A stretch of DNA of 64,000 nucleotides from a virus (taxonomy: Duplodnaviria; Caudoviricetes). The position numbers were made by a program, and so were the translations under genes. The DNA lies in the IMG/VR virus record IMGVR_UViG_3300028833_000067, positions 64,001 through 128,000 of that record; one strand, written 5' to 3'. Shown here piece after piece: positions 21,303-30,866 of the stretch (its first letter is position 1; each line of letters begins with the position of its first letter). The notes below the pieces were generated by a model. The model searched no databases. It saw only the letters and a program-made list of their open reading frames with translations, and was not told the origin of the DNA.

Positions 21303-21623
21303 ATGAAGAAAGCGTCTATGGAAACCCTCATCAACTACATCGACAACCACAATCTGACCGACCTGTTCCCCATCAAGGATGAACTGACCGCCGAACTGTC
21401 CAAGGGTAAGGCCAAGGCCGATGCGAATCGGGCTTTGTATGATGAGTACCATGACAAGGTTGTCGACGCTCTGAGCAAGGCTTCCGCTCCCGTGACTGCA
21501 CAGGAGATTGCGGATGAAACCGGAATTGCTCGTGGCAAGATTGTATATGGTCTGACCAACTACTGGAAGTCCGAAGTGGTTCGGGATGATTCCGGTAAGA
21601 CCGCCACTTACACTCTTGCGTAA
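21303..21623 (+). CDS. 106-aa winged-HTH protein
   Basis: PVTAQEIADETGIARGKIVYGLTNYW. Paralogue of 24893-25219. Confidence 0.75.
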   Translation: MKKASMETLINYIDNHNLTDLFPIKDELTAELSKGKAKADANRALYDEYHDKVVDALSKASAPVTAQEIADETGIARGKIVYGLTNYWKSEVVRDDSGKTATYTLA

Positions 21624-21786
21624 TCCCCTTCCCACCGCCCTACAGGGCGGTTTTCTTTTAGGCATACTTAGATGTAAGACATCTAAAATTGTATCCAAAA
21701 TACATAGTTGACAAAAGTCAAAATTTATGATATAATTTTTTCAGAAACAGGAGAAGGATACTCCATAAACCAGAAAGGATATGCGT

Positions 21787-24469
21787 ATGGCAAGTAAGGC
21801 AAGTTTGGAAAATGCGCTTCGTGCAGAGATTCTGGAAGTTATTACTAATGCCCTGTCTGAACACTTTGATGTCGATATTATTACTGTCGGAAGTGGCGAA
21901 ATTTCTCTTCCTCTGACCGATGCGGAAGGGAACGAAAAGTATCCCAAGATTAAGGTTTCTATTCCTCGTGGTACTCGCAATGGTGAAGGCGGTTATATTC
22001 CCTATGATGGATATAACGCCGCCGAAGAGTACAAACTTGAACAGGAAAGCAAAGTGCAGGAACGCGCCGTTCGGAAAGCCATGAAGGAAGCCGAGAAGGG
22101 AAAGAAAAAGAATGATTCCGAAGAGTAAGGTTTGGTATAAGAAAGGACAGGCAAGAGCGTGCTCGGCACTCTCTTGCTATGCCCTAAAACTTGAACTTCA
22201 TGATGGAACTATTGTTGATGGCTATTACTATTGTAGACAATTCTATTCCGGCTATGAAAAAATAACTAATGAAGTAAATCGGTGGATGATTCCACAAGAA
22301 GGAGAAAGCGTTAGACTTAACTAACGCTTGAATAACTTGGATGTTATACATCTAAAACTTTCTCTTGCTTTTTTCATAAAAAGTGATATAATATAATTGT
22401 TCCAAGGGAACGGAAGAAAAACGAGAAGGACACTCGATAAAACCAGAAAGGAAATACTGGTATGAAGATGAATCTGGACATGAGCTTTGAAGAAGGTCTG
22501 AATGTTATGGAAGCCCTGCGTAAGTGCGCCATTAAAAATGGTTGGGATGAAGATGAATTAGATGAGTGCGGAGTTCTTGAAGAATATGCTTCCGCCGTGG
22601 ATGCCGCTCTCGCTGCTATGGGTATCGCCGCTTGTATCGACCTTGACAGCGAATCCGAACTCAAAGTCGAAGATGAAGACTTCGATGATGAAGATTGGGA
22701 TGAAGACGAAGAAGATGACTACTTCGATTCGGATGATGAAGATGTAGAAGAAGATGACTGTCCGTATACTCTGACTCCCAAGGGTGAGTTTATTGTACAT
22801 GCTCTTGAAGCGGGCGTTTCTTTTGAAAATGCTTGTGAACTTGCAGATATTTTGTTCGATGATAACGAAGGCGAGTAATCGCCTTCTGCTCATTTAGATG
22901 TCTAACATCTAAAATATCTCCTTGACTTTTCTTTTAGATATGATATAATGTGTATGAACCAAGAGAGAAAGGATGATGAAGAATGGCGAAGGTTACGAAG
23001 AATATTGTGGATAAGGATTTGCGTGAAAAGGTCTTTGAAGATTTGATGGACTTTACTTCTGGTGGTTCTGATTATGATTATACGAAAATCAATGACCGTC
23101 AGTATGGCGTTCTCATCACTGATTTGAATGGCGTTCAGCGCTATTGCCGTATTGGCGTTATCGTTGCCGAAGAACGTGAAGACATGACTGCCGAAGAATT
23201 GATGCAGTCCGAGATTGCCGCTTACAATGCTAAGCAGGCAGAGAAGGAAACCAAGGCTCAGGCTCGCGCCGAAAAGGCGAAAAAGGACAAGGAGCGTCGG
23301 GCGAAGGAAAAGGAGGAAAAGGAAAATGAGTAAATTGAAAATGTATCGGGAAGCCCTTGTGGAAGTTAATGACAATGGTGAAAGATATATTAGTCATATC
23401 CCGTGGTCAGACTTTATCACTGAACGTATTTTGAATTTGTTTGGGAAAATTGACTACCAGCGGCCTTTCTCCATTCGCCTTTTGATGCCATGGGAATGGG
23501 AAATTAGTAAAAGCTAAAACGAAAAAGATTGCTAAAAATAAAGAAAAGCATGAAAATGAAAGGATGGAAAAAGAAAATGTTTAGTGAAGAAAAGTGCCCT
23601 AACTGCGGTTCTGAAGAATACACGATTGACAACTATTGGGATGATTTCGATGAAGACGGCGGTATTCGGGTGTGGAACTGTACTTGCCCGAAATGCCATC
23701 AGAAGTTTGATATCACCTATGCGTACAAATGTACGGAGATTAGTGTGGAAGTTAGTGAAAGCTAACTTCATTTTATTTACTTAGATGTCAAACATCCAAT
23801 TTATTTTCTTGATTTATCCTAATATCTATGATATAATAGCATTGTTCCAAGAGGAACGGAAAGGATGTATAAGAAATGACGATACGAGAGTTAATTAAAG
23901 AATTACAGAAGTATCCGAAAGACACCAAGGTTGCTACCGATGATGGAACTGGCTATGTCGCTTTTGATGTATATTTAGACTATGATAAATCTTTAAAGCA
24001 GATTGGTATTTATGCACATGGACATGACTATGGAGAGGAAGACTGAAAATGCGCACGCCACAGCGGAGAAAAGAACGAGCCGAAATGGTTAAAGCACTTA
24101 GTGATATTATTACTAACTGCAATAATGACGCCGAATTTTTTATTCGTCTTCTCTGGGCAAATGAATGGATTAGCAATCAACTATTAACATTTGAAAGCGA
24201 GGAACAGGAAAATGCAGACGATTAAAAACTGGTTTGGCATTAAGACCGCTTACCGCTTTGAATGGAATGATGTTCGTTGTGGAATTACCCTTTTGAATGT
24301 GATTCTGATTATGCTCTTTGGTCTTCAGGTATCATGGTTCGGCCTTGCTATTGCTGTCTTCGGCGTATGTAAAGACCTTTCACAGCATCGGCATATCAAC
24401 GATGTTCTGATGCACTTGTCAAGCGTTGTTCTTAACCTTTACTTCCTTTCCCTCCTATATGGCGATTGA
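21787..24469 (+). CDS. Hypothetical cassette genes: 21787-22128, 22112-22324, 22462-22878 (very acidic), 22983-23333, 23326-23517, 23578-23765 (zinc ribbon), 24212-24469 (membrane)
   Basis: RBS-led ORFs. CPNCG..CPKC in 23578. 21787 and 22983 resemble each other. Confidence 0.75.
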
Positions 24470-24544
24470 ACCGCCATATCATATTTAGATGTATGACATC
24501 TAAATTAAACAATTGACTTTCTCTAAATTTGTGGTATACTATAA

Positions 24545-24806
24545 TTGTTCCAAGGGGAGAGAGCGGAACGAGCCGAACCGCAAGGTCGCCTTGTTCTCTG
24601 TCGTAAGGGTTTCAAAATAACTAATAAAAAAGTTTGAAAACCCCTTGACAAACAGCAAATCCTGTGCTATAATAAGGATGTTCCAAGAAACAGGGATGGA
24701 CCTCAACGAGGTGAGAACTAATGGATTGCCATGAAAACTCCCGTTGTCCCAAGGAGTGGAAATGGACAGGTTTCCGCAACTTTCCCTGATAAGAAAAAAG
24801 TTGCGC
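24545..24806 (+). ncRNA. Two tandem candidate small RNAs (about 24545-24645 and 24677-24806)
   Basis: Two promoters, each followed by a TGTTCCAAG leader and hairpins without an RBS-led ORF. Confidence 0.45.
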
Positions 24807-24892
24807 CAACTACTTGACATTACACCACAAACGTGGTATAATGAATACGAAACAGGGGAAGGAAAACCCCACAAACCAGAAAGGCATTTATT

Positions 24893-25219
24893 ATGAAGAA
24901 AACTACTCTTGAAACCATCCGCACCGCTCTGACTAACCTTGGTTACACCGATGAAACTGTTCTTGCTGAACTGGACACCGAACTGAGCAAGGGCGCCGCT
25001 GAGAAGACTGCTCGCGCCGCCGAGTATGAGTCCATCCATGATCTGATTATGGAAACTCTGTCCGATACCCCTATTACTTGCGGTGAACTGTGGGAGTCCA
25101 TCGAGGGTAGTGTGCCCGAAGGTATCACCAAGGGTAAGGTACAGTACGCTCTGACCCATCTGTGGCAGGATGAGATCGTCAAGATCACCGGCAAGCCTAA
25201 CACTTACCGTAGGGCGTAA
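24893..25219 (+). CDS. 108-aa winged-HTH protein
   Basis: PITCGELWESIEG..ITKGKVQYALTHLW..KPNTY. Confidence 0.75.
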   Translation: MKKTTLETIRTALTNLGYTDETVLAELDTELSKGAAEKTARAAEYESIHDLIMETLSDTPITCGELWESIEGSVPEGITKGKVQYALTHLWQDEIVKITGKPNTYRRA

Positions 25220-25423
25220 GGTACAAAGGTTTCAAGGGGCTTATCCTTAAAACCCCTTTCCAGATAGCGGTCTAAATTGAATGTGTCACGACCCAAAAAA
25301 CATGGAACATTCATCCGAGCCGTAGGATAGACAATTCGGCACATTCCTGCCTCCAATAAAGAGGCAGGCTTTTTTATATAAATAAAATTGGATGTTAGAC
25401 ATCCAATAAATAAATCCTTCGGA

Positions 25424-26112
25424 CTATATCCGAAGGATTCTTTTTATATTATCACAGAAAGTATCCCACCATGTCTTTTCATATTTATAAAAAGTATCAA
25501 CAAAAATGCGATAAATCGGATAAGTAATATCCGGATGTTTAGGATTAAATTTAATAAGCCAAAGTTCTTGCTCTCGTTTATCATTAGAATACGTCCAAGC
25601 CATAGGATGCCATTCTGTTTTCCCTAATTCATGCACAGAATTAAGAATAGTTTTATCTGATAAGTTCCCATTATATTCTATGCCGCCATAAATAATTTCA
25701 CCAGAACCAATTTTAGAGTATATAAGGCGTTTTACTTTAATTACTTTCACGTTCCCAACACCTGCCTATATGCTATTTCCCAAGCCATATGTAATGCATC
25801 ATGACTTGTCAATTGCTGAGTTTTTCCTGTATAATGCACCAGAAGAGCATTATTTATTTGCTTATATTGTCTTAAATCATCATCGTATGCGGCAACAAGA
25901 TTCAGAATACGTTTCTGATAAGTTTCAATCTCTTGAAGTTCTATATTCTTATCCGACCCATCAGGGAGCATTTCTGTGCTTCCCTTGCATACAATAATCT
26001 TATGGCAGTAAGTTATCATTCTTTGCCTATGCTTGCACAAATTATCTAACAGCCCTTTCATATGGATATCTTCACCGCTCCAAGTATCAGTCTCTTTTTT
26101 CCTTCCAAACAT
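25424..26112 (-). CDS. Two hypothetical proteins (25747-26112, 25424-25750) in an inverted cassette
   Basis: Minus-strand TTGACT 9 bp from the palindrome at 26179. Terminator at about 25411-25445. Confidence 0.75.
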
Positions 26113-26213
26113 ATCTTCATCTCCTTTCCGATTACATACATATTATATCAAAATTAAATAAATAGTCAATAAATTTATTTAGATGTATTACATCCAATTC
26201 CTAAAAGGAGGGA

Positions 26214-26822
26214 TTAGTCCCTACCTTCCGCAATTGCACGAAACATTTCTTTATTGGCAAAAGTATCACACAGTTCATAATAGGTCTCTTCATCAACATA
26301 AAACCATTCTTCTGTATTCTGTGCCACAGCATAGGCATGTTCTGCAATATACTCATGACAGCGTTCTTCAGAATATCTATCTGATTCTTCTGCAGTTAAA
26401 TAAATATTATTATGATAAATCATAGGATTATGACGCACATAGGTCTTAATACGCGCACCAATATCATCAGCCATCCCGACCTTTACACAATAATATTTAT
26501 GATCATCCGGAGTGATGCCAATCATACCAACAAAATACAAGCCTTGCTTATGCGTATCACAATCTACATATGGTATTTTTAATTCGCCCAAACCATAAAC
26601 CGTTTTCTTATAGCCGCCATTATAATGAACACCATTAGCATCATAAGTGTAATATTTTTCTAATGCTCTGCGACAGTTACTATCAAGTGGACGACGAAAA
26701 TCTTGAAAAATTGCATCTAATGCAGTTTGAGAAAGTCCCTCTTCATCTGAAAAGCAATCACACATTTCTTTCCAATGATAGGTATTAATGCGTTCAGCAA
26801 TTTTTTCTTCATAAACAGACAT
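26214..26822 (-). CDS. GIY-YIG / T5orf172-like domain protein
   Basis: GLYFVG..VKVGMADDIGARIKTY..EERCHEYI..EEWF. Confidence 0.7.
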   Translation of the reverse strand: MSVYEEKIAERINTYHWKEMCDCFSDEEGLSQTALDAIFQDFRRPLDSNCRRALEKYYTYDANGVHYNGGYKKTVYGLGELKIPYVDCDTHKQGLYFVGMIGITPDDHKYYCVKVGMADDIGARIKTYVRHNPMIYHNNIYLTAEESDRYSEERCHEYIAEHAYAVAQNTEEWFYVDEETYYELCDTFANKEMFRAIAEGRD

Positions 26823-26929
26823 AATAAAATTCCTTTCTGGTTTATCAGTGTTTTCCTTCACTTCGTAGATAGAGTATAGCATAAAAAAGAATAAATGTCA
26901 AATCAAATTTTTGGATGTATAACATCCAA

Positions 26930-27750
26930 GTCAAGTACTTGACAAATTCCCTAAAATGTGCTTATCCCTTGTATACAGTATACTGTATCCAGTATTTTTA
27001 TATGGCCACTTCTGGCATAAGCATCTTGCCGCTGTCAAGTACTTGACAAGCCGCCGCGTTAAGCTATAAGCTGCATCTATAAGCTGGAAAATTTCGTGTC
27101 AAGTATTTGACATAAGCTGGATAAGCTGGGTTATAGAAGCTGCTGTCAAGTATGTATACTGGATACATGTTTAAGCTGGAAAATTGAATTTCAATTTTAA
27201 TTGAATATGAATGTTCGTATAGGTGCCTCATTCGTTTTACGCTAACGAAAAATCCTATTGCGCAAGGCAACGCTATTCTCGATGTTATCGAGAACTCAGG
27301 AGCTGTGCGCGATAGGATTTTTCGTCGTTGCCATTTTTTGGGGCTAATTTCCTCGCGGCCAATTTTTGCCTCAAAAAATAGGCGCCGCCGCGCGAATCCC
27401 CTTTTTTATTATATCCAATTTTTTCTCTATTTATGCCTGAAAAGGGGTATTAGCGTGAACAGTAGGAAAAAGCTTGACTTCCTGTTATCCAAAGAGGTAG
27501 CATTTTAAGCTGCTTAAAATAATATCATAGCGTGGCAATGCGCAAGCCATTCTACCGTCTTATCCCCCACTTCCGACGGATTTGATATATATATACTATT
27601 TCCGTCAGATAAGGGGGATTCGACGTAGAATCCTATTGCGCAATACCACAGAGTTGGTTAAAATAAGCTGGTCAATGTACTAGGTAGCGGGATGGGAAAA
27701 TCATCGAGAAATCTAACATTTGACTATTACAGTCAAGTATTTGACAACCA
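26930..27750. repeat. Non-coding region with GTCAAGTA(C/T)TTGACA palindromes and AAGCTG repeats
   Basis: Palindrome copies at about 26930, 27033, 27097 and 27732, half-site at 27144. Long hairpin at about 27549-27631. Confidence 0.8.
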
Positions 27751-28062
27751 AATATTTCATATGTTATAATGGTTTTAGAAAGAAAATATTAAGGAATTTT
27801 TAATATTTGACAATATTATTTTGTCGAGCTTAAAATAATTTATTTCTTGACAAAAGCTGGAAATCGGGCACTCCCACATATTCAACTCCTCCCTTCTCTC
27901 CGTTCCCGATGCGCATCGGGGAGTAAGAGTATAGAGGTGCTCGTCGGGCCCAGAGATTCCCTATCTTTCCATCCTTTCCCTCTCTTTTTTCTGAGTTAGA
28001 GGTACCCGTTTCTAATATTTTAGAAAGATTTAAACCGCGCGTACGCTGGAGGTGAGCGTAAG

Positions 28063-28278
28063 TTGAAACAAGAAATAATTAAAGCACTTCGATATTTTCA
28101 CAGCCCCGATGGCCCGAATATTAGTATTAGTACGCTGAGTTTGTATTGCGGCGTTCCTAGTAGTACTTTGCGCGATTACTTAAGTGGGAAATGTACGCCA
28201 AGAGAACCCAATAAGTCAATAATGGAGAAGGGGCTTAGTGATATGTTAAGGGAGATGTTGACGGAATGGCATATATAA
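28063..28278 (+). CDS. Small XRE-like HTH protein
   Basis: GGAGGTG RBS with TTG start; ISISTLSLYCGVPSSTLRDYLSGKCTP. Confidence 0.7.
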   Translation: MKQEIIKALRYFHSPDGPNISISTLSLYCGVPSSTLRDYLSGKCTPREPNKSIMEKGLSDMLREMLTEWHI

Positions 28279-28499
28279 TTGGTGAGTATGATAGGTATAG
28301 GAAATGGGATAGGGAGCATGCACAATATGTGTTTTGCGTTAATGATAAGTGGTCGGCTATTTATAGGGTAGGAATGGAATGGGGCTTGCCGCAAGTAGAA
28401 TAGCGGCTGGAAGATAATAGTAGTTTGAGTACGTATTATGTGTATGAGAGGCTGGAAGATGCTATGGAGTATGTGAAGCTACTTAAGAGATTGAATTGA
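28266..28499 (+). CDS. 77-aa hypothetical protein (one TAG=Gln)
   Basis: Fills the gap before the helicase and is open to TGA with readthrough. Confidence 0.6.
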
Positions 28500-28510
28500 T
28501 GGGTGAAAGT

Positions 28511-30163
28511 ATGAGATAGCATGAGGAAGTTAAGGAATTTGCCGCGAATGATATTATAGAGCTTGTGCGCAAGACGGATTTATCGGATATGAATACGTTT
28601 TTGGTACTCAATGGAGGTACTGGGGTTGGTAAGACTACGGCTATTATGAATAGTGTGCTTGAAGTGCTAGATTAGAAATGCCGCGGGCCGCAAACTATGC
28701 TTGTTGTGGAGAGTAGGAGTATTACGGTGGAGCAGCTGCGGCATAGGTATGGAGAGACAGATGTTTGTTAGAGAATGGGATTCGCAAACATGATAAAGCG
28801 CGGCAATGTTGATTACAATTGGGTTGTGATTGATGAGTGTCATGGGCTGTTTAGTGAGGCTAGCTTTGCGGAAGATACTACTATTATTGGGGAATGGATT
28901 AGGAGCGGCCGCACCTATTAGCATATAATATTTATTACGGCAAATGATGAGTACTTTGAGGAGCTATCGAAGTAGTTTTTTGCGGAAGAGTGTAATTTTA
29001 TTTATTTGTTTCCGGACTTTACTAAGTATGTTAGTAATACGTATGTGAAGGAGATATAGTTTATTAAGACTAGGAATACGAATAGTACGCTTAGTTATTT
29101 TATATAGTAGGAAGAAGGTAAGCGCGGTATTATATTTTTGAAGAGCGCGAGTAAGGTTAAGGATTGGTACTTTCGCTTGATTGATTAGAAGAAATAGGTT
29201 GCGATGCTTGTTTCGCGCGCGAACTAGACATCACTCGCGCTTAGTACTGAATAGGCAAATATTGCGGCGAAAGACTTGCTATTGGATTTAAGCGGCGGCG
29301 AAAGCGGCCTTACACTAGCTGATTTATAGGTGATGGCGGATAAATAGAGAATTGCTGAAGGCAAGGAATCGCTATTTGAAGCATTGGAGAACGAGCACTT
29401 ACCTGATGATATTTCAATTTTAATCGTAACGGATACGCTATAGGAAGGTATGAGTCTCACATTTCCCAAAATTGATTATATGATTATAGATGGGTATGGG
29501 GAAGTGGAAATTAGATAGAAGGTTGGGCGCTTTCGCGGCAACCTTGACTAGCTTTTTATTATATTTAATCCTAATAATGCGATGCGGGATTTTCAAATCC
29601 AATCCGATATGTTTGCGTATTATAGGAAGTTATAGGCAGATGGAGATTAGATTGAGCTGGCGAAGTAGTATGGTTTAATGAAGGGCGCACGCTTTAAGAT
29701 TAGATATATAGTAGAAAGGCAATTTCAAAATGGAACCAAATAGTATGAAGTGAATGAGTAGGCATATTTACACCTCCTGAAAGACCACCGGGACTACTTA
29801 AAGCTAATTTCAAATCCAGAAACCGCTGTATAGGAGATGTATTCATATTTGGGCGCCAGTCCTAAAATGCTAGCCCCCAATGAAGTTCGGATTTCAAATT
29901 AGAAAGACGCACTATTGGAGATTGTGGAAAGGTGGCGCGGCGTTCCCTTAAAGGGCCCCGCCTAGGAAGCATTGATATAGGATTTTGAGAGTATGGATAT
30001 TAGAGATAAGAATTATAGAAAAATAACGTCATTACGAGGATGTACCACATTACTCGCCGAAGCGGGAATTACCGTTGTAGAAAGATAGGCTACACTTAAA
30101 GATGTGGAATAGTGGCCGCAATATCTAAGTAAGGTGAGAGAAAAGTATAGGTGCATCGTTTAA
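28511..30163 (+). CDS. SF2 DExH-box helicase, 550 aa (TAG=Gln); absent from the ORF track
   Basis: GGTGVGKT, VIDECH, FITA, TL(TAG)EG, motif VI (TAG)KVGRFR. About 28 in-frame TAGs and no TAA or TGA. Confidence 0.9.
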
Positions 30164-30384
30164 TATATGGTACTTAGAGGCGCGAGCCTCCTAGGTATAC
30201 TCTTAATTACATCCGGGAGCCGAAAGGCTCCCACTTTTTTATTTGACAATTGGCTCAATTTTTGTTATATTATAATTGATGAAAAATAATAGGATTTAAA
30301 AAAGTTATAATAAAAAATATTTTTTAGAAGAAAATATACAGAGTCTGTCATTCTTATAACACAAATAATATGGAGGTGATAGTG

Positions 30385-30681
30385 ATGGCTCAATTTAATA
30401 ATCAATCAACCGTTAATATTAACAAAACATATGCATGGCTTGATTTTGAAGATACAATAAATGCTTGTCGCACTCTTAATGGCGCCGCATTTAAAGTCTA
30501 TGTATATCTTTCTTCATATACTGGCGGTGAAGTCATTGATTTTTCGCCGCAAGCAGTAGGAGAAGAATTAGGTATTGGCATTTCAACTGCACGCAATGCA
30601 TTTAATGAATTGGCGCGAGAAGGATATCTTGAAAAAATAGCAGATAAAACTTATACTTTTACGGGGCGCCAAAAACTATAA
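30385..30681 (+). CDS. Winged-HTH protein, replication-initiator-like
   Basis: LNGAAFKVYVYL..SPQAVGEELGIGISTARNAFNELAREGYL. Promoter TTGACA at 30243. Confidence 0.7.
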   Translation: MAQFNNQSTVNINKTYAWLDFEDTINACRTLNGAAFKVYVYLSSYTGGEVIDFSPQAVGEELGIGISTARNAFNELAREGYLEKIADKTYTFTGRQKL

Positions 30682-30701
30682 TAACTTTTACAAATTATGC
30701 G

Positions 30702-30856
30702 CAATTTTACAAAACTTGTAGAATTTTACAAAACTTGTAAAAATTTGACAAGTTAGATTAAAAAAATTACAAGTTAGCTACTACAATAATAATAAATAAT
30801 ATATAATAATGTAATAATAATTTAAATAATAATATTTTCGCGCCCGTCGGCGCGGG
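30702..30856. repeat. Iteron-like repeats, AT-rich tract and GC hairpin
   Basis: AATTTTACAAAACTTGTA x2, ACAAGTTAG x2, about 50 bp of almost pure A/T, then CGCGCC/GGCGCG. Confidence 0.7.
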
Positions 30857-30866
30857 AGGAAAATCA

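Larger units (their letters stand above)
4824..26929. repeat. About 40 dispersed 19-bp palindromes TTRGATGT-NNN-ACATCYAA at cassette boundaries
   Basis: Starts at 4824, 5347, 5768, 6032, 6356, 6639, 6910, 7275, 7709, 7992, 8363, 8733, 9115, 9468, 9835, 10245, 10656, 11041, 11426, 11721, 12287, 12708, 13149, 13851, 14863, 15540, 16390, 16955, 17259, 18387, 20100, 21011, 21668, 22337, 22894, 23781, 24485, 25388, 26179, 26911. None seen elsewhere in the window. Confidence 0.95.

Noticed and set aside
5347-26425. Track ORFs beginning MDV(I/L)H, MYYIQ or containing CYTSK
   Set aside because: These are translations of the palindrome or promoter, or antisense shadows. The real starts lie downstream at RBS-led ATGs.
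4824-26929. CRISPR array
   Set aside because: The repeats are separated by about 260-1700 bp of promoters and genes, not by uniform spacers, and no cas genes are present.
4824-26929. Classical integron attC cassettes
   Set aside because: No RYYYAAC/GTTRRRY cores, no integrase in the window, and the cassettes carry their own promoters. The variable 3-bp centre is also unlike the 6-8 bp spacer of tyrosine-recombinase sites.
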